Of a stretch of 64,000 nucleotides of DNA, positions 53,088 through 64,000 are shown piece after piece; positions within the stretch are counted from its first letter, which is position 1; each line of letters begins with the position of its first letter. The position numbers were made by a program, and so were the translations under genes. Source of the DNA: Octopus vulgaris. Its lineage: Eukaryota. Under the pieces are notes generated by a model that did no database searches, was not told the DNA's origin, and was given only the letters and a program-made list of their open reading frames with translations. The DNA lies in the NCBI GenBank assembly GCA_951406725.2, contig OX597817.1, positions 110,050,001-110,114,000 on the forward strand, given 5' to 3'.

Positions 53088-53469
53088 GTATGTATGTATA
53101 GATAGATAGGTAGGTAGGCAGGCAGGCAGGTAGGCAGGTACCAGAATACAGACAAAGGCATTTGGTTTTGTCTTTATTCTGGTATTATGCAGCTCCTCTT
53201 CAAAACAATCTAGCCTTTCCTTACTTCAATAATGGGTTAAAACAAACAAAGATGTAGGAGTGTTGTATTAACCATATTATCGAAGGAAGGACAAGTTTAG
53301 ATTGTTATGGCAAAGAGAAAGAGTGCATGTATTTGTTGGAAACCCAACTTACTGGTCTAGATTGGGAAATTTAATTTGCATGTATCGTTTGCTGCAAATT
53401 TCTCATCCAAAATTGTTGAATGTGGTACAGAGATAAGACACCAGTAGCCAATATTGAAGTATATATATA

Positions 53470-53690
53470 TAGTTAATATATATATACAAGAAAACACAAA
53501 CAAAAAAAAACACAACACGAGGACGTGGAACAAATATAGTATTATTGGACGCTCAGGAAAGAAGGGAAGAAGGAGGGCTTAACGTTTCGAGCGGAGCTCT
53601 TTGTCGGAAACATAGGAGAAGGAAAGATCCCAAGAAGGGAAGACAGAGGAAAAAAATCGCCAACGGTACACACGAGGTCACATTTTGATA
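53470..53690 (-). mobile_element. Second copy of the (TA)n-embedded hammerhead repeat (motif at 53577-53611, core CCGACAA)
   Basis: High similarity to 28245-28450. The hammerhead core carries an additional G8A change. Confidence 0.75.
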
Positions 53691-53751
53691 TATATTTATA
53701 CACGCACGCACACACACACACACATACACACACACACATACATATATATAC

Positions 53752-53895
53752 ATATATTATTCTTTAACAAGAAGAGCATTGATAGTGACTTCGAAGTTTT
53801 GGCCAGCTACGACAGCATCAGACTGTCCCAGGATGGGTTAACTGTCTGAAACTGCGAAGTCACTATCAGCACTATTTTGTTAAAGAATAATATAT
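53752..53895. mobile_element. Small foldback MITE with about 41-bp TIRs
   Basis: atatattattctttaacaagaagagcattgatagtgacttcg versus cgaagtcactatcagcactattttgttaaagaataatatat. Confidence 0.75.
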
Positions 53896-53913
53896 TTGTA
53901 CTCAGAAAATGTA

Positions 53914-54750
53914 CAAGAGGGTACCCAAAAGTAACTAGAAATGTTCTCTGTGGGACAAACTCAATATAGTTCAGGCTTCCACTACTAGTAGCCACTTGAT
54001 GCGACCCTCAGGCATCAGTCTGCTGACTGGTGTCATCAATTGAAGTCATACTACCACATGGTATGTCTTTGTTTTGCAGTGCTCCTCCCCTGTTCATCAA
54101 TTTTTGCAATGGTTGATATGAAGGAACAGCATGCTTTCATGAAATTCTACTTTCTGCTAGGGAAAATGGCAGCCAAAACAGCTGTCATGCTTCAAACAGC
54201 TTACAAGGATGCTACCATGAGCAAAATACAAGTTTACAAGTGGCCTTCATGCTTTAGGAATGGTCACTTGTTGCTTGAAGACCAACCTCATTCAGGGTGA
54301 CTTTCTACCTCAGTAGCAAATGAAAACATCATGAAAATTCATAAAATGATCTTAGAGAACCCTCACCAAACAATTGACAAATTTGTTGATATGACTGGTA
54401 TGTGTCCTGGAGCTCCTGCCAACAAATTTTTAATGAGGAATTGTGAATAAAAAGAGTTGCAGCAGAATTGTCCACACCGAATTTGTTCGTCCTGGTCAAA
54501 CTGTTAACCAGACATTTTACTTGGCAGTTCTGAAGTGTTTGCAACAAGCGGTGAGACAAAATGCCCTGACCTGTGTCAAGGTGGTTAGTGGTGGTTTCAT
54601 CACAACAATGCTCCTGTGCACTGTCTTGAGTGTGAGACAGTTTTTGACCAAAAGTGGCATGACCTCACTTACTCACCCTCCCTATTCACCTGATTTTGCT
54701 CTGTGACTTTTTTTTGTTCCACCAATGCAAGTGGGATAGTGAAAATTCAA
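53914..54750 (+). mobile_element. Internally deleted mariner transposon relic
   Basis: TA-CAAGAGGGTACCCAAAAGTAAC 5' TIR. KEQHAFMKFYFLLGK.A...LQTAY....SK.QVYKW..F..G...LED.PHSG (mariner HTH). HTEFVRPGQTVN..FY..VL, HHNNAPVH, HPPYSPDFAL. Confidence 0.85.
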
Positions 54751-56134
54751 CAGTGTAAAAAAAAAATCAAAGTGCATTTACACATACATATATATAAACA
54801 GGAAGGAAGAGGGCTGTGATAAAGTGTAGAAAACCACATTCACTACAGACTGTACTACTCATACATATAAATGTATATATATGCACACAAGCATACACAC
54901 ACACACAGAGTTGAAGCACTGTTTGATTTCTTTTTTCACCATTTTGTAGCCTTTTTATATATAAAATTCTACAATTAGCAGTCATTTTTGATGGCATGGG
55001 GCCAGCTAGTCCCTATAATAAATACCATGGAATGCAGAAGTGTGTTCCTAGAAAACTGAGACTCCATCTAGCATAGTTTTGAATTCACACTGCTGTAGAA
55101 AACGTAGATTCAACCAAAAGACTATATTGCAGAATAAATGATAAAATAGTTTCATTTTAATGCAATAAAATTAAAATGGGAAAATATGTTCTCTACTTAC
55201 TGATAAAGTAATTTGTCTGTGACAAGCATGATTGACAAGATAAAGTTATTATTATATGTAAAATGGCTTCAGTTTTGATTTCAAGAATAAGTGGAAAACT
55301 GTGAAGTATTACTGAGTGCTGAAATGAAGACAGAATTCTATAAAGAATATTAATACTATCATCATCATCATTTAATGTTTGTTTCCCATGCTGACATAGG
55401 TTGGACACTTTGATAGAATATATTGAGTCACTGGGCTGCATCATGCTCCATATCAGCTTTGGCATGGTTTCTGTGGTTGGATACCCTTCGTAACTTCAAC
55501 CACTTTACAGTGTATACTAGATGCTTTTTTTATGTCGTGTGTATGTGTGTGTCTTTGTGATTGGGTTTGTCTCCCACCGATGCTGTACAACCAGTTTTGG
55601 TGAGTTTACATACTTGTAACTTAGCAGTTCAGCAAAAGAGACTAATAGAATAAGAACTAGGCTTTAAAAATAAAATACTGTGGTTGATTCATTTGATTAA
55701 AAAATTTTCAAGGCAGTGCCCCAGCATGGCTGCAGTCTAATGACTGAAACAAGTAAAAAACAGAAGATATATATATTGCTTTGTGGGAAGGACTGTTTCA
55801 ACGAAGTCGCGTCTTGTCCTTGCCTTTGAAACGTGGAGTAGATGAAACAGGGACAACTGAAGAAGAGGAATATTCTTTATGTTGTATGTCTCATTTCTCT
55901 GTTTGTGTTTTCGTTGTTCAAAAAAAAGCTCATTTCTATGTTTTTGTTTTTATGTTTTCGTTTCTCGTTGTGTTCAATGTTTTTTTGATGTCCTCTACCT
56001 TTATATGCATGTATATATACATATATATGTAGGTATGTACATATATGTATGTATATATGCATATATTTATATATTATTTGTATTATATATATATATATAT
56101 ATATATATTAATCAAAGTGTACAATATTATATAT

Positions 56135-56240
56135 CCATTACTGCCGAGCTTACCAATTAGTTTCACACTGGGTGTTCAACTGAGTGTTAGGTAACAGTCC
56201 CTTTATGTATCCCTGCGCTCATCAGCGGTAGCCGTTATGG
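56135..56240 (-). ncRNA. Hammerhead ribozyme-like motif in a (TA)n-embedded element
   Basis: Minus strand ccataacggctaccg-CTGATGA-GCGC...GTGT-GAAA-CTAATTGG-TA-agct-cggcagtaatgg: intact core, near-palindromic stem III, GUA triplet. Stem I is offset by a 4-nt insertion. Confidence 0.6.
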
Positions 56241-57109
56241 AATTATATATATATATTATTGACAGCCATTGAGCAGGATTTTGTAATAGAAATATTTTGT
56301 TTGCTTTTTCCTTGAAACTTCATTGTCAATGATTTGCTCTTTCTTGTGATTATAGATTGAAGGTTCTAGCACATCTATGACTGCAGATATTGCTGAATAT
56401 TGTCAGTAGTGACAGTGTAGTGGATTTTGCTCTAGCTTTGTCTTTTTCTTTTATTTTTTCAACTAATTTTGCAACATTTTCTCCTTTCTTTATCACCCTC
56501 TACTATTTTTTCTGGTTAGTCACTGTCTCCTCTTGCACAGTCATTATTAGACTAGCTGCTTCATTGGCATACTTGTTTGATGACATCCTTATAATGGGAT
56601 TTTAGGAACCCTCTTTGCATGTCACCTTGCTATAGAGCACAGCCTTGGAGATTTTTGCTATACTCCATACAAGTCACATGTCCTACTCAATGTAATTACA
56701 ACACCAGTATGATAGATGCAACATTAGAGATATTTACTTTGTGTTGCCTTACTAGCACTTGTGCTGGTGGCACATGAAAAAACATTCAAGTGAGGTCGTT
56801 GCCAGTGCCACTGGACTGGCTCTTGTGCAGGTGGCACATAAAAAGCACCATTTGAGCGTGGCCGTTGCCAGTACCGCCTGACTGGCCCTCATGCCAGTGG
56901 CATGTAAAAGCACCCACTACACTCTCGGAGTGGTTAGCGTTAGGAAGGGCATCCAGCTGTAGAAACACTGTCAGATCAGATTGGAGTCTGGTGCAGCCAT
57001 CTGGTTTGCCAGACCTCAGTCAAATCGTCCAACCCATGCTAGCATAGAAAGCAGACATTAAACAATGATGATGATGATGATGTATGACCATTTAGTTAGA
57101 GTTGTGATC

Positions 57110-57560
57110 TCACCAAGATATATTGTGTCTGGCACAACTGGTATCTCATCATCTGTTTCGTATATTGTTGATACAATTTGTAGTTTTATGCAAAATACAA
57201 CAGAGAGGATAGTTACTTCTCAATATACTTTGCATTTTGGTGCCAGTTTTATAGCTTGTTTTCACAGTTGATCATTGAGATTTCTGAAAAATGACTGCAG
57301 CTGATTGTATGTGTAGACCCACCTCCACATCTAGTCTTTTGCTGTTAGAAATCATACTGCTGAAATATAAGAACATTTTCTCAAAATCTTGTGCTTGCTG
57401 GGACACTAGTCTCAAACTGGATGAGAAGATACAAGATTATGCACCACTCAGTAGGGTTGCCTCCCAAAATGCTTCTTATAGAACATGTTGGTGGGGGAGG
57501 ACGTTATCAGTAAACTTCGATCAGGCATCAGTAAACATTGACTTTACCATACTTGCTGGC
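57110..57560 (-). mobile_element. Decayed RTE LINE fragment
   Basis: Minus strand FLYFSSMISNSKRLDVEVGLHIQSAAVIFQK...KCKVY resembles the RTE pattern F.YLGS.IS...LD.EI..RI..A...F..L...TK.KVY. Confidence 0.55.
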
Positions 57561-58581
57561 ACCACTCACACACACAGATACACACACACACATGCATGCA
57601 CACACATACACACACACACCACATATGCACACACACACACACAGAAAATCAATGAGTAAATATATGAAAGATAGGTGCAGAAAACTGGAATCATTAAGAG
57701 AATAAATTACATAGACTCTATCCATGTGTAAGACAATAACTGAGTTAATACATGGAGTATTAAAAAGGTAGGTGGAAATATTGATGCTGTAAGGAATGAA
57801 AAATATAGTATTAGTCCTTGACTAATTAATATCATTTTCAGTCTAAAGCGGCAAGCTGGCAGAAACATTAGCACGCTGGGCGTTCTGAGTTCAAATTCCT
57901 TTCATCCTTTCAGGGTCGATACATTAAGTACCAGTTGCATACTGGGATTGATCTAATCGACTGGCCGCCTCCTCAAAAGTTTTGGGCCTTGTACCTAGAG
58001 TAGAAAAGAATATTATTTTGAGTCTGAAGGGAGATAATTGTGGGCATGTTTTGATCTTATTTTGACCATATTCAGCAAAGCATAGACTACACTGAATACC
58101 TGAGGATGATCATAATAATATTGAAACATTGCAGGAGTTATCTCTCATATTTACCAAAAGAATCAAAACAATATTAATCATTGATTTGTATTTCCCCTCA
58201 CCAGGGTAGCAAGCTGGCAAATTCTTTAGCACACTGGACAAGTGGCATTTTGTTTGTAATTTACATTCTGAGTTCAAATACTGCTGAGGGTTACTTTGCC
58301 TTTTATTTTTTAGGGTTGATAAAATAAGTACCAGTTGAGCACTGAGGTTGATGTAATCGACTTCACTCCTTTACCAAAATTGTTGGCCTTCTACTAAAAT
58401 TTGAAACCAATATTTTCCCTTGCCTCATAATTATTTTCCAGTTTGCCTTTTAATGCTTCTTGCATTAAATATGTTAACACTAACTTTACTATTACTTGCT
58501 CTGTTTGTCACATTAACATGTAAAGTAGTCACACTCTCTATGAAACTTCCTCATTCTTTCACTGCATGGCTCCATAATATA

Positions 58582-58981
58582 TCTTTATATATAAAAGTGA
58601 GGTTGTGTGCTGTCTGTCTCCTACGATTTAGATTCCTAACTACTCCCACATTTTGCGGTGCATTTTAACCAAAACCGGGTATCTTATAGTCGTGATTCAT
58701 ATCGAGCCCTTCTGTGTATTAGCGCGCGTCTACGATGAGTCTACGATTTTAAAAAAAATTTACCATCAATTTTTCCCATCTTTAATGCATTTTTGGCATA
58801 TATAAGGGAAGTAACTCTCTAAAAATTTATTATTAAATCTTAGAACGTAAAAAGCTACAGTAACACCCCCCCCCCCCCTTTGTGGTTAGCCATATTGAGA
58901 TAGCTATTATACTTTACATCTAAAAATGCTTATATAGTTATTTCCCTTACAAACCCGAGCAACGCCGAGCGATACTGCTAG
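58582..58981 (+). mobile_element. Complete non-autonomous Helitron
   Basis: A|TCTTTATATATAAAAGTG 5' end; 3' hairpin cccgagcaacgccgag followed by CTAG|T. Inserted at an AT site with no TSD. CpG-rich, so probably young. Confidence 0.88.
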
Positions 58982-60716
58982 TCTGAAATATAAAACATCA
59001 CCTGTTTCATCTAAATGACTTGCAGGTTTATCTTTCCTATTCCTTTCACTTCATCTCACATAATCACCCAATGATGGGGATATACCACATACAAATAGAC
59101 AGACGGTTTTATATCATGTCTTACATTGCTTAACTCCCTTTACTTTGATAAATAAAAAAAAATACATGCACACACACACACACACACACAGGTATAACTG
59201 TGCACTCGTCAAATCTGTTTTCTTAACTTACTTCTTTTGACACCGTTCTCTACTCATGTTTCTCCTTCAAATAGAAGATGACACAACCAGTTATTTCATA
59301 GAAGTGTGCTAACTATAAATATAGAAACCATTTCCCACATTACATGGAACTGGCTTTCTGCCATGCCAGTTAACTGATCTACTGAATGTTATTGAGTTGA
59401 AGTTCTCTCTCTCTCTTTCGCTCTCTCTCTCTCTCCCCTTATCACACACCACTTATTTATAGCTACACTTTTTTTATGAACACATTTAATTTTTAAACAC
59501 CCTCCATATTTTGCTATTGTTCAGTAATCTGGTACTACTGGTTTCATTTTCTTTTATTGATGACTTTAATTATTCTAGTATTCTGTATTCAGTTTCCTTT
59601 GGCTTTTTTTGGTATTTTTTTTGTTTATTTTTCACTTATTGTCTTTTTTTATTACATTTTTCTATAACATTTCATTTTTATATTCTGTTAGTCTTCATTT
59701 AATTTTCTGCTGCTCTGATTTTTCAAAACAGATCTGCAACTAAAGATAACACTGCTGCTGCTATTGCAGCTACTTCTGCTGGTGCTATTGCTGCTACTGT
59801 TGCAGCTGCTATTACTGTTACTACTACCACTACTACTGCTGCTGCTACTACCTTTAACAATAAAATTAACACAGATCTCTATTAATCTCCTCAGTTTCTG
59901 TCAATGATCTTTTGCAGATGGTGGTTGTGGTAGTGGTGGTGGTGGTGCTAGTAGTAGTAGTAGTAGTAGTAGAGATACTAACTCCAAGAGTTTCTAGTAG
60001 CTACAAATTCAAAAGCTGTTACCTGAATTGACAGCAAAACTTTTGTATGATTATCAGAAAATTCTCACAATATCATGCCCTTATCATTGTCATCATCGCC
60101 CTCATCGTCATCATCACCATCATCGTATGGTAGGGAGTTGCTATTCTGGATTCCTTGAGCTGTGGCAGTTAATGAGGAGACTAGGGCCAGGGGTTTAATG
60201 AATGTAGTGGGAAGGTGAGTGAAGGATGAAGGAAGGTTAGAGGGAGAGATAGAGAGAGAGGAAATATTGAAACTTTCATGAAGATGTTCAACTTTTAACT
60301 GATTTATGTTAATGCGAAAGGATCATTTGAATCTTCCAGCACAATCGAGTGATTATTCAATGCCAGGGTATGTTGGGCTATAAGAATGGATAACCAGTAA
60401 TCTTTTGAATATAAATGAGTCTATATAAAGGTAACTTTCATTGAATTCAATCAGTAATTGTAAAATTAAGATATTAGCAGTAGTTTATATGAGAAGACTT
60501 ATTACAGCATAAATCAATTTAGTATATGGATTCAGATGACGTATAAATCCATGAATATGTTAATACTAAAAGTCATTTTCAAAATGCTTTCCCTAAATTT
60601 AATTTACTGGTGTTGATATCATAGAAGGAAAAACATCCAAAATATCCCAGTTTTTGTTAAATGCCCTGTTTCTAAAAAATTTCTCTCTATCTCTCGCTCT
60701 CTTTCTCTCTACCTCT

Positions 60717-60776
<60 letters not shown>

Positions 60777-61140
60777 CACACATATCTATAGATAAGTAGT
60801 TGACAACATTTAAATCAAAATTATCTTTTTTTTCCATTTATGAGCTGACGGTAAAGTAGTTATCATATGCTAAGTTCCCCATGCCGGTGGCACGTAAAAA
60901 GCACCATCCAATCATGGCCATTTGCCAGCCTCGTCTGGCACCTGTGCCAGTGGCACGTAAAAAGCACTCACTACACTCACGGAGTGATTGGTGTTAGGAA
61001 GGGCATCCAGCCATAGAAACATTGCCAGATCAGACTGGGCCTGGTGCAGCCTTCTGGCTTCCCAGACCCCAGTTGGACCGTCCAACCCATGCTAGCATGG
61101 AAAGCGGATGCTAAACGATGATGATGATGATGATGATGAA

Positions 61141-63708
61141 GTACTTAGAGTCAAATCACTTTTCTTTTCATGAAGACAACGTTTCAAGTCAACATTGAAA
61201 GGGAAGTACCTTATTAATTTCGCTTTTATTATTTACAAAATTATAATCACTCATTCATCTATCGCAAATTTAGAAAGACAGATTTCTAAAGGGGAAATTG
61301 CTATCACTTAGTATCTTATCACTTTTGGTGTTATAATTGCCATCACATTCTGTTCACGAAACCATCTAAAGTTTAAACTGAAGGTGAAGTCCCTTACTGA
61401 ATTTATTGAAAAATATTCAACAATTACATTAATTTATTAATTCACCCCTTTAATAAAGTCATGGGTGATGGTAACTGTATGTTCAGAGCTGTGTCACTCT
61501 TGCTCAAAAACAACAGAAATTACCAAACTCTTAAAGAAGAGTCTGTACGATACATATGCAATAATTGGAAGTATTTCATTCTTTTATTCCTAATAGTACA
61601 ACACAGGAATACCAAGCATACATGAGTAGGGATGGAACATATGATCATAATGTTGAGTTAGTTGCCATTAGTGAATTGTACAATGTTGCAATTCAGGTCC
61701 ATCACAAAAATGAAAGTGAAATTATTCTTCCTCTGTTCACCATTTGCGGTTGAACATTTACAGAAAGGAAGATTTCAGTGTTATATAGTGATGGAATTGA
61801 CAACGGCCATTACAGTGCTCTCTTTCCCATAAACAATCATGAGCATGAAAGAAATGTAGAAGGAAATGAAATATCAGAAGACAGTAAAAAAGAGAAAAGA
61901 ATGAGAATTCAAACACTTATTACGAAAACTGTTGAAGAACGTAAAAACCATTGGAAAGTTAAGTTGCAAAAAACGAGGGAATATGAAAGGAGGACAAGAG
62001 AACAAGAAGGTGATAAAGATAGGGAAATAAGATTGCAGAGAAAGAAGGAAAATTATAGAAATAAAAAGTACAAGAAAGTAAAAAAGGCAAAAAAATACGA
62101 TGGCAAAAAGGGAGAGAAAAAAAGTAGAATAATTAGAAAACAAGAGAGTGAAAGTGACCGAAAAATACAACTAAAAAGGAGAAAGCTTTCCAGAGAAAAT
62201 CAATAGAAAATGTATGGACAATTTCAATGACAAGGTGTAGCATTTAATTATGATCCTAATTGTAATTCTGCATCTGAAAAAATTGTCTCTCTGGGCTCTC
62301 TGTGCAAAACATGTGAAAAGTGTGGTGCTAGGGAGTGGGAGAAGGAACTATTAGGTATGTGTTGTTCTAAAGGTAAAGTCCTTTTACAAATAATTAAATC
62401 TCCAGAACTTATAAAACATCCGCTTTTGGGTACCACTTTAGAATCAAAATACTTTCTTAAAAATATTTGAGCATACAATTGTGCTTTTCAAATGACATCA
62501 TTTGGAGCAAAATTTATTAGGGAAAGTGGGTTTATGCCAACTTTTAAAGTGCACAGACAAATTTATCACAGAATTGGCTCTCTTTAGCTTTTACAGACTA
62601 AAGATCCAGTTTTCACAGATATATTTAATAGGTGATGTTCAAAAAGAGACACAGTGTCGCAGCGAGAATTGTTCAGGTACAAGATTAGAACTTATTTTTA
62701 AGCTGCAAGAAATGCTTCACAAAAAGAATTCTCATGTGAGAAGCTTTCAGTATGCTTTAGAATATACTTCAACTGCTGACTTTCAAGTTATCATCAATGC
62801 CAACAAAAGACCAGCTGGTGAACATGTCCTTCGATTCAATGTTCCTGAGTGTAATGAAGTGGCAATTATGGTTGGAGACCAACATGGCAAATATCCCTTT
62901 CTTTTTGTCACTTCCAAAAGAACTGTATCCTGTATGGATTATAATGTTCATCAATTGATGAGTCAAAGTAATTTGTTTAATCATCTTCACTATTGCCAAT
63001 ATCTTTTTCACTGGTGTGTTGTTGATATGTATGCCAAAATAGAGTCGGAGAGGTTGTGCTACATAAAACTGCACCAAAAACAACTACATTTAGAATGATA
63101 TGTGCATTTACGAGATGGCATTAACAATGATATTGCTGGGACAGAGCTTGGACAACTTTGTATTCTTCTGACCAGTTTTACAGGAAGTCCAAGATATATG
63201 CACAAGAGGACACAGGATGCCATGACTTATGTGCGTAATTATGGACATCCAGATTTTTTTCATCACTTTTACTTGCAATCGTAAAAGGAACGAAATCCAT
63301 GCTGAACTTTTTCCAGGGCAATTATACATCAACAGACATAACCAAATGGTGAAAGGGCAATACTTGCACCAAAAAATATCACTGTCAACACCATAAACAA
63401 TAAGTTATTGGACTGCATTTCAGGAAATAGACAGACTTACAAATCTATAGATTCAGTTCCAGATCCTGCAGAGACTGTCAATTATCCTGTTGAATTCTTA
63501 AATTCTTTGGAACCTTCTGGGCTTCCACCACACCAACTTCTCTTAAAGATAGGGAGCCATCATGCTACTTAACTACTACTACTGAAATTTCACTGTATTT
63601 TTTGTTGTTTTTTTAAAAATATTTACTATAAGTTAGATAAAGAGCTTTGCGATGCTACTGTTAATTCTCTGAGTCATTAAATTGGGCAACGTTGAGTATT
63701 TCAGCTAG
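61141..63708 (+). mobile_element. Helitron relic with OTU domain, Zn finger, Helitron N-terminal region and PIF1 helicase C-terminus; internally deleted
   Basis: VMGDGNCMFRAVS...NGHYSAL (OTU); CEKCGAREWEKE..GMCCSKGKV; YNCAFQMTSFG..FMPTFK..QIYHRIGSL; VDMYAKIESERL; SFTGSPRYM...QDAMTYVR.YG.PD.FITFTCN; [11 protein letters not shown]; [21 protein letters not shown]. 3' end gggcaacgttgag..CTAG|T at 63705-63709. The 5' end is uncertain (possibly 60785). Confidence 0.92.
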
Positions 63709-64000
63709 TATTCAATATGTTTTTAGCACCTCATTCTTTAACACTAACAGAATAACAGCACTGTATGTTATCAAATTGCTTTATCACAATGCAATTGCTT
63801 CAGTTTCAACATTCTCAGATCAAGTCACTTACTAGATAAATGCAGTGCTGGGAAAATAGAATTATTGTCATCGTTAAAGGTTTTATACTCATTTTCTGTT
63901 TGAGCATCAGTTGAACAGGTCTGATGTGTTTCCACTAATACTGCCTCTGATTATTCTTTCCTGTCATTGCTTCCACTGCAAGATTATTATTTAAGGCTTG

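Noticed and set aside
55775-56010. TA-embedded repeat with CTGAAGA and GAAACG as a hammerhead
   Set aside because: The motifs are in an order and pairing that I could not fold into a hammerhead. It is probably a repeat, but the ribozyme call is unsupported.
61778-62206. Standalone lysine/arginine-rich host protein
   Set aside because: It lies between the OTU and Zn-finger parts of the Helitron polyprotein relic.

Overview
AT-rich eukaryotic (metazoan) genomic DNA, densely packed with microsatellites, tRNA-derived SINEs and decayed transposons. The repeat families and composition point to a coleoid cephalopod, most likely Octopus (inference). One host exon is clearly recognisable: a 115-nt phase-0/phase-1 exon at 46844-46958 (+), encoding the juxtamembrane and transmembrane segment of a DPP6/DPP10-like (DPPIV/S9B family, Kv4 auxiliary subunit-like) protein. 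Most of the window therefore appears intronic, with two candidate alternative first coding exons at 10439-10459 and 21316-21324. Mobile elements include a 5'-truncated R4/Dong LINE inserted in a (TAA)n tract; CRE, RTE and CR1 fragments; a full-length DD37D (maT) transposon and mariner relics; Merlin-, hAT- and piggyBac-like MITEs; and both a non-autonomous Helitron and an OTU-bearing Helitron relic. The most unusual signal is a set of at least seven hammerhead-ribozyme-like motifs in four unrelated non-coding repeat families. Several sit inside (TA)n tracts. One family is a tRNA-headed SINE with a hammerhead-like tail and palindromic/inverted 5' ends, suggestive of Penelope-type mobilisation. 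Most ORFs in the supplied track are microsatellite or repeat artefacts. All coordinates were counted by hand, and repeat boundaries are approximate unless termini are quoted.
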